Shown here in pieces: positions 37,886-50,685 of a stretch of DNA of 64,000 nucleotides (positions are counted from its first letter, which is position 1; every line of letters starts with the position of its first letter). The notes beneath the pieces were generated by a model. That model was not told where the DNA came from and did no database searches. It saw only the letters and a program-made list of their open reading frames with translations. Location of the stretch: contig RHPI01003156.1 in NCBI GenBank assembly GCA_009103225.1, positions 864,159 through 928,158 on the forward strand. Reading direction: 5' to 3'. The translations under genes and the position numbers were made by a program. Origin of the DNA: Chlorokybus atmophyticus. Taxonomy: Eukaryota > Plantae > Mesostigma and Chlorokybus algae.

Positions 37886-40800
37886 CGTAACAGTCGTGGC
37901 CAAGTTTCATGATTTTAGGACCTGTTTTGGCCCATTTATTGAGCACCACGTTTTCATGACTTGTGGCAGATATAGACGAGTTATGAGTCTGCCGCGGATA
38001 TCGACTGGAGCCTCAGGACCAGTCCGGAAGGTGCCAGGAAACGGAAGGCAGTCGAGAAGGGCTCAACCAAATTTTTGGAAGGACCTGGCGCCAAGTAGTA
38101 TAACTTGACCATATGACCATAAGCACCTAATCAGGAGATCTTTGGTGCGTAAGAAAGGTTACCTTCTTTACGTTAATCGGGGCAGACCATTTGCGCACCA
38201 CTTGCACTTTGTTAGGGTCCGGCTTGATCCCTTCGTGTGAAACAATGTGGCCCGGGTACTCCACTTCGCGTAGCAGAAACTTGCACTTTTATAGTTAAGC
38301 GTACAACTTGTGCTCGCGTACACGCTGCTACACGCGCCGTAGAAGAGTCACATGCTCGTCCTTGCTCTTCGGATGCACTAGATTGTCCTCGAGGTACACG
38401 AGGACTCCCTTACCCAGCAAGTCAGCCAAAGCGATGTTCATCAACGTTTGCAATGTCGCTCGTTCGTAAGCCCAAACGACATCATTAACCACTCATACTG
38501 TCCATAGCGCGTTAAACGCTGTTTTCTCCACGTCCTCAGATGCGATGCGAAAATCTGATGATAACCTCCAGCAAGATCAAGTGTGGTACAGTACTGCGCA
38601 TGTACGGGAAGGTACATTGAATTATATTGGTCATTGAATTATATTGGTCATCGGATTATATTAGTCATTAAATTATATTGGTCAAAAAATTATATTGGTC
38701 ATCGGAGCTTGAGACCCGGGTTCAATTCTTGCCTTGCACACGAATTCCGCGGTCGTTGTTTCTTGGTACAATAACATCGTAAATGGTCACTTCATAAGTG
38801 TCATCATCGATAGGTCGCGACTTGCCTAATGGCAGTCGCGTCGGATTGACCAGTTCAGTCGGCAGGACGCGACCTGCCTGTCCCGAAGCGACCTGTGGGG
38901 CCGGCAGCGGTGCGCTATGCGCGCGTTGACCTGTATGGGCCTGATTCAGCCGGTCCTTGCCGTTGGGGCCGGTGACCGACCCTAGCAAACCCCTGGGATG
39001 ATTCCCCAGCTGATGGGAGCCAGCTGCCGAGGACGTCAGCGTTCTTAAGTGGGGAGGAATGTAACGGGAAGGTACCTTATATAACCACAAATCGACCTTA
39101 AAAGCATCAAGTCTTTTGTGATTTTTTGTGGGCTATGACAGCGCACCTTGTAGCTGCTCTAGCAACTCGTCAATACGCGGTAGTGGAAAGCAATTCTTCT
39201 TTGTAATGATGTTAAGCGCACGGTAGTTAATGCACATACGCAAGCTCGCGTTCTTCTTTCGCACGAACAGTATTGGTGCACCATAAGGTGACTTAATTGG
39301 CCGGATGTAACTTTTCTTTACAAGATCCGCTATCTGCTTCTCGGCCGCCTCCAACTCCAGAGGTGACAACTTATATTTAGGTCTGTATGGTGGCTTGTGC
39401 ACGCCCTCAATCACTTTCACACGGTGATCAACGCTACGTGAGGGTGGCAGACCAGCTAGAAGTCCGTCCACCATAATATGTTGGTAGTCCTGAACAAGTT
39501 TGCACACCTCGGGGTCCATCGTGGCTGTCTCAGTGCAGTCACTCATCTTCAGTGCTGACTTTGATGTGCTCTGACGCACCACGCACAACCATGCAGCCTT
39601 CGCTTTTTGTGGGGATAGCAACCTCCTCAGTTGCACATATGAAACTTGAGCAATGCTCATCCCACCTGATTGCGCGTGCCATGCCTTTCCGGTGCTTGTA
39701 TTCCCTTGCAGGTGCTCAACACATGTGCGCATACTTGCCTTAGCGACGTCCGACGCAGCTATGACAAAGCCCTTATTGCTTTCCTCGCAAGAGTGGTTTT
39801 CCACTTCGATGGAGCACACGCGTAGACTTTTAATGGACTCTACATCGTTTCCCTTGATGGTGAGCACACGCTTCCTCCATTCAAAATTTGTTATGTTGCC
39901 ACAGCCACGGTAGTCCTTAAAATTCCATCAAACCTGTTCCGTAGGGTAATGCAACAGAAACGCATATTCTCCTTCAACTTCCCCATGTGAACACACAACT
40001 CCTTGGTTAAAAACGCAGCACCGGTACCTCTAGAGGGTGGTTCCCCATCAGCGAGTTTCACTTCTCGTCCACGTAATGGCGAAAGCCAACCGTAGCGCCG
40101 TGCAACCTCCTCACTCATGAAGTTGCTGTTTGCTCCACTATCAACCATAAGGTTGCACTCCCTCCATTGTCCTCGGTCATCGCAAATGCGTGCTAGAAGC
40201 TCAACGTACTTTGTTGCCTCCTCGCTTACATAACTTACCGCCATGGGCGTATTCATAGCCACCTCCATTTTCTTCCGAGGTTGCGATGTCACAATCTTCA
40301 TTTGTGCGTGAGGCTCCCCCTCATCCCCAGCAATGGCCTCCTTACCTACTTGGGGGAGTCGTTTCCCTTATCCTCCGCGCCATCTTCCTCCATTGCGGTA
40401 ATGCGTCGTGCGCGATGTGTTGCCAGCTGATGCAGACGTTTGCGTGCGCCGCTTTAAGCAATTGGACGTCAAATGTTCTGTCAAACCGCACACGTAGCAC
40501 TTGCACACGCTGCTACATGCCTCACCACGTCCACCGTGCTTCGTCACGCCGTTACGCATGTGTACGGCACCTACCTCTATTGGTGATGGTCCAAAATCAG
40601 CTCCACCTTCCTTTGCAAGTTGTGAACTTGGTTCCCTTCGTGTTCATACATGTTGAAAGCTTCCCCTAAGCAGATCACCACGCTCTTGCTTGCTCCCACG
40701 CCTCCAGTCAGCGATTTTGCAAAAGACTTGAAGTACAACGCGTCGAGACGCTCCGCGATGCATATAGCTTCCACCAAAGTTTTAGGGTCCCGTAGCTCCA

Positions 40801-42146
40801 TTTCTTTGCGTCCAAAAGGTGTTAAACCACGTGTGTACCTGTCCAACTACTTTTCCTCGGTCATATTGGGTATGGACATTACCAAACGCTGAAACGTAGC
40901 CGTGTACGCCGTCACCAACCCCGTTTGCAAAAGGGCTGCAATTTAATTGTGTGCGCCCTTCACACTCTCCACGGGAACAAACTGATGCTGATCTCCAAAG
41001 CCAACTTTTCCATGGTGGTCAATGGTAGCGTCAACCCACTTGCAACACGCGTACAACGATATCTTCATCATATAGGTGCTGCACCTTCAAGTCATGTCGC
41101 TGCAACCTCCATGTGCAGATGCTTGGGCACCTCCGTGAGCTTCAACCAAGACGATTCTTGAAAACATCCATTCGTCTACTGCATCTCCATCACGGTGACC
41201 CTTGAATGGCTTGAGCTTTGGCACCTTCACATGCACTCGCGAGCTTGATGCTATGGGAACTTGTACACGCGCCATCGCATGCTCATACACCTCGCGTTAT
41301 GCTTGTGCCGCCGCTTGAGTGTGATGAAGCTCTTACCTCAATGCTTGGATGTCAGCTTGAAGCTTTTCCATGCGAGCATCCTCCATCTCCACTAACACAC
41401 TACACTCCGGTTCCGCATGAAAAGTGTAAACGCCCACACACTTCCTCTCTCACCTTCGTAAACCGTGCACCGATACCAGTTATGACTTTGCTCGTGCCTT
41501 GTCACCTGTGAGTTGGTCCAATCAACAACCCTCTCATCAAGACACGGTATTCACACCGGAACCTTGCCCCCTTTGCCAAGCACACACGCGCGCCCCGCCA
41601 CTCGCTTACGCACGCGCATGCGCTCGAAGCTACACACCGACTTGGGTAGCGCCTTGGATCGTCACACAAGCAAGCACACACCAGTGGACACACGCTAGCA
41701 ACCCCTGCTAACCACCACCAGGCTTGCACACAAGAAATTAGGGAGCTAAAGGTTGTATTGCACATTGTGGAATGTCGCTTTTTAACCTACCAGTCTGCAC
41801 ATGCTACTGTATAGACGATTACCGTGCTACACAAAACTAGATACTGAGATGTTATTGCAGAACCTTGTAGTAAACTACTAGACCTATCTTGCGCACCAAC
41901 GATCTCCTGATTAGGTGCTTATATGGTCAAGTTATACTACTGGCGCCAGGTCTTTCCAGAAATTTGGTCGAGCCCTTCTCGACTCCCTCCGTTTTCTGGC
42001 ACCTTCCGGACTGGACCTGGGGCCCCAGTCGATATCCGCGGCAGACTCATAACTCGCCGATATCTGCCACAAGTCATGAAAACGTGGTGCTCAATAAATG
42101 GGCCAAAAAGGTCCTAAAATCATGAGACTTGGCCTCGACTGTTACA
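37886..42146 (-). mobile_element. Internally deleted Ty3/Gypsy element (gag, protease, partial RT) bounded by ~270-bp inverted repeats
   Basis: Gag KLKPFKG..VDEW and CYVCGLTEHLTSNC; protease LMVDSGANSNF; [26 protein letters not shown], continuing at 38595-38165 (LDLAGGYHQ..VYLED..KWSAPINVKK). 37886-38159 is the reverse complement of 41882-42146. Confidence 0.85.
38601..39140 (+). mobile_element. 540-bp TG..CA mini LTR-like element inserted in RT
   Basis: TSD GCGCA at 38596-38600 and 39141-39145; the RT frame rejoins (QGA/QYCTTLDL). Starts TGTACGGGAAGGTAC; internal PPT AAGTGGGGAGGAA then TGTAACGGGAAGGTAC at 39060; ends ATGACA. Confidence 0.8.
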
Positions 42147-43243
42147 TGGCGGGAGACAAAGTTCATCCCCTTGGCAGCGGAGACATTCGGCACGTTGGGA
42201 GCTTCTTTCCACGAGATGATTACAATTTGCGCGCGCCGTGTAGTTCAGCATCGGAGGTTGCATACGACACGTATATCTGAGTTCGTGTCCATGTATAGGC
42301 AACCGATTTCTTGTGCACTACAACGGGCGTGGGGTGTGGCTCGATTGGAGAGAGCGACGACCATCGTGTGTGCAGCTCCGAAGCGTCGTGGTGGCGGCCA
42401 ATCCGGTCGGGTTGGCCGTCACCACGACTGCTACTATGATGACTTAATCTGCCTTGGCAATGCTCGTGGCGTGAGGCCTACGCAGCTGATGCCCGTTGGC
42501 GTGCATAGTTGTATTGTAATGTGTTTGCGCGTTGTGATCGTTTTGGGGTTTCCGTTTTTTGTTAGCAATAAAACTTTGACACTAGGACCTTGTGACCGTT
42601 TGACTTGATATATGTAGAGAGATTGGTTAAAGTGTTTCGCATGTGTGGTTGACCTTTGGGTTGTGTCTACTTGTACTGTATTGGGCCCCTCTGATGTACG
42701 CTATGGACACGCCTGCCATGACCCATTCGTCATGTTGATGTCTTGTTTTACAAAAGGGGTATGCTGTACACAGGTTTTTAAATAGTGGCTGTAGACAGCC
42801 AATGTGGCCATTTTCTAGAATCGTCTCGTGTAAGAGAAGTGGCGTTTGATTTGCTGATTGTCCCCGGGAAAAAGCCACTTCAACAGCCAATAAACTGATG
42901 TGCCGGCCACACAGTGGCCGATGCTTATTCCAAGTCCCGTAGGAAAAAGCCACGGCTCCTCCTATAGGACTAGGGCCAGCGGGCGCCCGGCACTGGGCCC
43001 ATTGTGCCGGCTCTGCCCGCCAATATGCCGGTCAAATGCACTGGCAGCGAGCTACCAGTGGCGCGCTAAACTGGACGGAATTACCAATTTAAGCATATGC
43101 ACGCAGCTTATATAAGCACATTGGCGGCTTGCAAATTCAAAACAATTAGCCACTAGTTAGCTTGGTGTAATTACGAATGTAACATGAAAAAGCCACATTG
43201 GCTTATAGCTTAAACCCTTAGCTGCAGCACAGCCTGTGCACTG

Positions 43244-46200
43244 TTATCCTTCTTGCTGCTTCCACGCGCGCAGTTGCTGCTGTGCTTGCTCCGAAGAAGA
43301 CAACATTATGAGTGGTTTGTGTGCCTTTCCTACATCCAACGCAATGTGATGAGGCGTTGGAAGTCATCACTAGGGTGCTTCCTGGTTAAGTTGGCAACCT
43401 ATTGACGATTCTCGGGGAAGAAGATTTGTTAACACCAGTTCACCTGATCGGTGCAAAGATAAAGGCGTAGGTGGTGCAGCAGGAGCAGGATGAAGATGTC
43501 GCCCTGTACTGTTGTGAACAACACTTGACTTGCTGTAACAACAGTCCAATGGCAGGTACAATGGCAAAAGTGCTGAATCAATCTAGGGTTCTTCACGCCG
43601 ATTTCACACTGTACACAACATACACACTAGCAACACAGCAAATCTGTACACAATGGCAATAATCTAGGAACAAGCACTTCAGAGCTCCTGGCAGAGTTGC
43701 TGGAGGAATTGCTTGTACAGGTCTGCGGTACAGGTACAAACAGTACGACTTAGAGTAGAGTAGTTGTGCGGGCCAAATTGGGTGTGCAAATGAAGTAGCC
43801 ACTCACCATCTCTGATCTTAAGAATGCCCTGGACGTTTAGCTTATACGCACGCAGCTGCGCCAACTCTCTCTTTGACAGCACAGGCAAAGGTCTCCAAAT
43901 CCACTGCACAAAACCGCACCACAATGCTCTATGCCATGCAAGATATGCGAATGGACTGCATTTGTTTTCGTCGTGCGTGCAAGCCTGATATGTTCACAAG
44001 GAAACTTCTCCCACCTGTTTCGCGAGCTTCAGCACCCAGTAGATGCCAAACAGCCATGTGATGAGCTTGAGCCTGGCAGTATTGAAGTACAGCACCTTCT
44101 GTTCACCACCGTTGGCATTTGAGGCATCCAACCGCAACAGCGCTGATGTCGACCTTGTCAGCTGTGACGGGTACTGAGACCTGGCAACAACGAATGAGTC
44201 AACAGACATACACGCGCTTAGTTGGAATGCAGACAAGGTGGATACACACTTACAGCAGGTTGCGAGCATGCGGTCTGATGATTGGAACAGCGCAGATTTC
44301 CGTCAGAACAAGCCAAAAGGAAGCCAGCGCACTGGTGAGCATCAACAATGCAAGCGCGAGCCCTGTATTTGCCACAAGTATCAGGTCTCCATCGCTTCAC
44401 AGCAAGTCAGCATACAACCCAAAGACTCCAACTTCATGTCTCACCATAGTTCCGCATGCGCGCGTTCATTCTCTTCTTCTCAGCTGTTTCTGCTTCCCTC
44501 CTGCATTCGCGCCATGTCACAACATTGAACATACAGTAATCTATACAACAGCAACAGTCGCCCCATGGCTCATCGGCAGCAGATGTATGTCATACAGTAT
44601 GTGGATGTAATGTGACAACACACGACAGACAAGCTCACTCTGAGATGCGCGCCAGGATGCGGTCGCAGTCATGCTTCAACAAACCAAGGTTCTTCTGCAC
44701 TGTCTGCCTTATAGCCTGCAACGAACTCAAGGGTGAAGTGGATGTAACGCAATCATGAAATGAGCGTGAGACGCAACTTTCAGCTGTGGACAAGCGCCTC
44801 CCTATTCACATGCACAGTAGAAGCATTGCCACTGGCGAGACATGGAGCACAGTTGCAAGACAGTGTGCACAACACAGCACACGAACAAGTTCACACACCC
44901 TATTGATGTCATCGCACACTTCCTCAATCGCATTCGGGATGGTGAGCGGCGGCCGCAAGTCGTCAGCGGGTCTGGGAAGGTAGATTGTCGGCAGATCAAA
45001 CGCGTGCGTGTTCTGTTTGAAGACGAATGATGTCACACGAGAGAGTCCACCAGAAAGCAGAAAACAGCGTGCTTGCTCTTGCCTTTATTCTGGAGGACAA
45101 GTTCTGAGTGATCTGTATCAACACGCGCTGCCTGTCGTGCTCTCTCTCCACCTGCAATTCGATCCAGCAAAGAAGTCAACAAGCTCAGTGAGTTGAGACA
45201 ACCAAACACGCTTCACATCGCCAAGTGCAACTGGTCGAGAGAGTGTGTGATATTAGTAGATGACACCTGGTACAATGAATAAAGAGTTGCACCTTAACAT
45301 ACGCACCTGATCAGCCTTGCTCATGTAGTACTTCATCTTCTCCGCATGGTTCACGTTCAGCCTCTGTATGATGTCCATGGTGCGCGCGCACAACGCTTGC
45401 CCGATTGGATCAAAAAACACTGCACCAACAAACAGACCACTCACCCAAAGTGAATACTTCAGCATGTATGCGCACGCGCACACGCACAGCAACTTACCAA
45501 GAATCAAGTCAGCATGGTCGGCAAGCCAGACAATGACGGAGTCCACGTCAAAAGGGTACTGCAGGTCTCCGTCGACAAGGCCCGGAGTGTCTATGAGCTC
45601 TGTGCACGAGAAGGACCGCTCCTTGGACGGGGACACCTCCGTGCTCAGGTTGTGATTTATGCCCGCTGAGTAGTAAGTAGTTTGCCTCAATAAGGTCATA
45701 TGCACAAAGCAATGCAAGTGCACGACATGTGTGAACAAGACGAGTCTTACAAAACTTCTCAAGGCCTGCAAGATGCTCGTAAAAGTTCAGCGTGGCATCG
45801 CCCTGCATCATGACAAGGGGGATCTAAACAATCAGTGGCGAGCATACCAGCTTGCAAACTTACATGCATATGCAGGTACATTGCACGTTTGTAGCTGATT
45901 GAGGCTGCATATACTTGCATATGCGCACACATGCAATTGGCATGCATGCACCTGTATGCATGCATGCAAGGCAGACCACTACGTGTAAATTCCACCAATA
46001 TGATGGTTACACAACCAGCGACATGCTCACACAAACCTTGAGGGTTTCGCGCTTCCTTCCGTTCGTGATGAAGGAGAAGCCGCGTGTTTCAATCGCAACG
46101 CCAGTGCGCTGAATGGTTTCACCAATATACCTGACAGGATGAAGTTGGGGTTACAGTCTCCTCCTTTCACCACGATACATGTTTGACCATCGTTTTATCA

Positions 46201-47189
46201 TGACTGCATACCAGTTGATGAAGGAGGACTTGCCGGCGGAGTGGTTGCCAATGATCATGACGGTGACCTTGCGTCGGGGCCGGTGGCACCTTACGCCCAG
46301 TATTGGCGACTCCGCTATACCCACCAGACCTACGCCTCCCGTCGCACCTGCATTTATATGATGACACACACTCACTCACAATGCCATTCACACTCACGTC
46401 CACATATGCATCCAATACTCATTGGCACGCAACCACTGCTGTGTTGCGTGAAACAACATGCATGGCACGAGTGCTGTTGTTGGTCAACTGAAGACTGGAA
46501 GCTTACTACGCACTCCTTTGAAACATAATCCTGCGCATGCGTGCACCAGCAACCGTGACTCTTTCAATGCAAGTGTGCTACTCTGCTGGCTGCTGTGTGA
46601 CTATGCTGTGCAGTGACCAACACACAAGCAAGCGCAAACAGTGTATCTATGGTTGAGACACGCTGTGCAGTGAAACAACCATAGCAAGTAACTTTGTGAG
46701 CAATGCAATTTCAATTGAAGTGAAGGCACGGCTAATGCTGCTGGTCTTGCGGCAACAACCAAGCATACTTGAACTGGTTGCGCGTCAAAATATTTCGTTA
46801 GGGTGGAGCGTACCAGGGTGGTACACATGCTCAGGCTGAGGCTCAGGGTCAACTCACAGTTAAGACAACCGGAAACATGCAAGGCGGCACAACTGTGAAC
46901 AAAGCCATGCTAACGTGCCAGCAAGGTTGAGATATCGCCCTTTTGGGGGCATGCGCAAGCACCGACCTCCGGCCAGGCCCTTGTCGTAGATGTCGGCGAT
47001 GTCCTTGAGCACCCTTTCGTCGACGCTCACCCCGGCGGCCTCCGCATCCTTCGCCGCCGCCGCCGTCTCCAGCCGCGGACGTTTCCCAACCCCGCCCCCA
47101 TCGCTGGAAGCAGCCGCGGCAGTGGCGACGCTCCCGCCGGCCATCCCGCCAGCGTCGCCACCGCCGCCGCCGACAATCCAGTGTGCCAT
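43244..47189 (-). CDS. EHD/dynamin-superfamily GTPase-like protein, multi-exon
   Basis: P-loop IIGNHSAGKSSFINW, ETRGFSFITNG, LIDTPGLVDG (G3), VFFDPIGQALC, YMSKADQ (G4). The 5' exon reads VDERVLKDIADIYDKGL. The 3' end is uncertain. Confidence 0.75.
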
Positions 47190-47489
47190 AAGAAAAGAAG
47201 ACTCTGCTGCTGAGTTTGAACTTCACCAACGGTTCATACAGTGCCCGTAGCCTGTAGCCTGGCTGGGCGGTGGTGGCGGCGGCAAGGATGGCGACTGTGG
47301 CATGTTGTGTGTGCAGTGTGCTGTGGTGGTCGGCGATATGCTCGTGGTGTCTGGGGTGAGTGACGCTAGTGTGTTCGGCGTGGTGTGACTGCCATGTAGC
47401 GAGCAATGGCGCTTTGCCGGGACCCATGTACGCCTACAATTAAAAAGCTGAAGAGTGCAAGGTTGTGCGTGCATAACAACTAAAGCGGT

Positions 47490-50450
47490 CTACACAAGCC
47501 AACACAAGCAACTCAATAACGATGGCACGCAAGCAAGCAAGCCAAATTGGAGGCGGCCCTTCATTCTTCCAATTGTGTTTACTCTGCGGCCTACCTGGTG
47601 CCTGCCGATGGGTCTCTTCTCTAGTTGAAGCTGCTGAATATAATCCCTTGCACAAGGGATTAGGTCTTGAGCTGTCTGCATAGTTGCTGGAGTCACTTTG
47701 CTCCGCATCTTGGTGACAGTTTCGACTCTGTGCTGTGCTGTTACAGTGGCATTCAACCAATTGGCCCTAAGAACTACCGCCTTTGCCATACTCCGTCATG
47801 TTGACTTTGGCGTGCATGTATGATTTGTGTGCAACGCTGGCAAGCTGGCAACCACTATCAACTAATGTAAGCCACACGAACTACACCAACCAAATCCAGA
47901 ACGAGAGTGTACACAATGAAACAAGAGCACATGTCAGAGGCTGCAGCGGCGATTTGACATTCTCAGGGGCTGATACATGATAGCAATGCAACGATATGCA
48001 ACGGTGCAAGGGTAGCAACATCTGCACCGTCACAATTGCATGCTTTATCCGCAGTGCTTTACAGACAAGTCCCTCCACTTATCTGGCCTATGGCTTATGA
48101 TACAACGCACATGCGAAATGATAACTTCACGACAGTGCTGGGCACTGTCTCCAGTACAGCTGACAAAGTACCCCTAGGCCACATGCGCGCACATGTGTTT
48201 GCAATGCCAGCACGCAGCTGATTGAGGTTGTTGCGCCAGGACCAACTACCACTTGGTCACCGGATACAATAGTGTGTCCTTGATGACAGGCATGCAGCAT
48301 ATCAAGAGGCTCTGCAGAAGCATAATCTATAAGTCGCACACAACATATAATTGGTGATTGCAGCAAAGGAAAAAGGACACTGACTTACCCCAGCAATAGC
48401 CGCAATCACCAGGATGATGCCCATGCTGAAAGCAATAACTCTTCGCGTGAAGATGAGCACTGCTATCGCAGGCTCGGCAAGCACAACACCATCTGATGAT
48501 GATGCGTCCAACAAGCGGCGCGACCTCAGTGCCACTTGCGATATGCTGGGACCATGCGAGATGGAGCTCTCAACAACCAGCTCCACCACCAGGCGATCTG
48601 ATTGAATAGGATTGCGAGGTTGACACTTGTGACATAAGGTAAGGTAGAATGTGACCTTGTGTCACAATTGTGAGCCTATTTGCGTTGACAAGCGATCTCA
48701 AGACTGTTTGTCTACTGACACAGCTTGAATAAATCTCACCTTCAAGAACGTGTGATGCTAAGTCAATCATACTCCTGATGGCACCAAAGGTGACCGAAGC
48801 GATTGCTCTGTACCGGTCTGAATGTGCGCCAAAGCCCTGATTGACCTCCTGTTGCAACAATAATGCAAGCGTTCAAATCACCAACAATGCTTGGCAATGA
48901 GGCATTGGCTTTACACATGAGATAGCTGCATTTCTGGCTCAGGGCGTGCTCACCTTGAGCGAGTCGACAACCAGCATCAACAGCTGCCCTGGTGATGACT
49001 GCGCTAACAACATGGAATTGTCCTCGGCTAGAGTGGCGAGCACACAATGAAGCGACGCCACCTCCTTGGCCCATTTGTGTATGAGGTACTGCACGCAGCA
49101 GGTGTATATATATATGAGAGGCGAGCAAACTCCAACATCAGCCTACCTGCAGAAAAGTAGAGCATTTGATACCCACAAAACACGCACATCATTGAGGTCC
49201 AGCTGCACAGTTTTCCCATTGAGAGGCACGCCAATGGCACCAGACAAGATGCTGTCACCCGAGGGGAAGTACTCCGCATGAGCAGACGAAGCCTGCGCAT
49301 GTGTGCATGTGAAGCTATTGCGCATGTTACATTGTGTCTTCAACTTCAACAGCTCAACTGCTTACCACAATGCTCATCATGCGGTTGAGGTCTTCACTGG
49401 CGCAGACTGGTCGGAACAGGTTTAGTAACCGGAAGGTGAAGGTCGCGCCTTGATCCGGCTCAGCTGAGGCGACATCTTCGTATGCGCTGAGCACCGACTT
49501 GGCTGGGAAGTAGATGGGCCTGAAGAGACTGCTGCGGTTGCTGGTGACTATTTCAATCCCACCTACTCCCTGCAAAGTATCTGCATATGCATGTGTTTGT
49601 CACTGTTGCTCTGTCCACTGTGCAAACAGTCCGGTACAGATTGCCATTGCGTGTATGCTTTGTCACTTGTCAATAGCTCTGTTCATTGTGCAAGAAGCAG
49701 TAGAAACCGCAATCCGGAACAGCTTGACAACTGTTTGACTGAGGCATACATGTAATCACCTTCATCTGCGCCACTGACAATGACTGTAAGCACTGTTTGT
49801 GGCCTCCGAAACGGGTCGGGTCGCAACAGAGAGTCCATCTGCAAGACGACATCAAACGCACACGTTGGTACGGGCTTGCGCAGTCCTGTGTTGACGCATC
49901 ACAAAGCAGATTTTACTCTCCGCAGATGGTGGATAAGGGTCATTTGTACCTGGGCTGAACCTGCAGCACTGATATCAGCAGGCGGATTGACTCCGACCAG
50001 CGTAGCTGTCACAGCAGCAAGAACTGAAGGCGACAACCCCTGCGCCTGTAGCAAACGGTTAACATCAAACATGCCTTGCATGCGCAGCGTAGCTTGCGTG
50101 GCTGCCGTACTCAGACTAGCTCAAGAAGACAACCCAGAAACTGCACACATGTGGGAGAGGCAACAACACTCACATTGTCATCTAGCGCTGCAGCAGGGGA
50201 AGCACGCTGCAAGTAGTCTCCTGCAGCATTGTCAACAAACCAAGCTGCTGACGACCCACTCTCGCCCTGATATAGAAAGAATACAAAGACAGAGACATTT
50301 TACACACAAGGCCACAACCACCAACAAGCGGACCAAACCGTCAATGCGAGCTCCAACCCACAACCAAACCCAACACCACTCGCAGGTCAAGTTTGCGGTA
50401 CCTGAACAGCCAATAATAAAGATGCTAATACCGACAGCACAACGACGCAT
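47490..50450 (-). CDS. Unassigned multi-exon secreted or membrane protein
   Basis: Signal-like start MRRCAVGISIFIIGCS; coding-like exons bounded by splice sites (GVGGIEIVTSNRSSLFRPIYFPAK, EYFPSGDSILSGAIG, RSRRLL..VIAFSMGIILVIAAIAG). No family recognised; boundaries approximate. Confidence 0.4.
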
Positions 50451-50519
50451 CCCGCCGGCGCCATCACCGCCGCCGGCGCCAACGACGACGACGCCGTGCA
50501 CCTCAACAACCAGCACACA

Positions 50520-50550
50520 TTAGGGTTAGGGTTTCAGTGAGTAGGGTTAG
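50520..50550. promoter_or_regulatory. Telo-box-like TTAGGG repeats in a divergent promoter
   Basis: TTAGGGTTAGGGTTT..TAGGGTTAG lies between the ATG at 50450 (-) and the ATG at 50686 (+). Confidence 0.5.
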
Positions 50551-50685
50551 TCCTAAACCAAGGCAGGTCCCGCACAAATCTCAGCAAGAGGTCCTACAAG
50601 AAGTATGCCGTGTGTTGGGACTTTCCAGGCTTTGAGTGCAAAAGTGAGGCACTACAAGTGGGTGGATGCGGCCTGAGTGGCGGTG

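Larger units (their letters stand above)
37640..42420 (+). pseudogene. 5'-truncated non-LTR retrotransposon restriction-like endonuclease (CRE/NeSL/R2-type), split by the 37886-42146 insertion
   Basis: Left part HDEV..GRRLDLVAS/GHQRLLLDTTIT; right part ETKFIPLAAETFGTLG..ISCALQRA. Together these give a PD-(D/E)xK RLE signature. AATAAA near 42567. Confidence 0.7.

Noticed and set aside
38617-38745. CRISPR-like array or tRNA gene
   Set aside because: The 17-bp units are contiguous with no spacers, and only a T-arm-like motif is present, with no cloverleaf.
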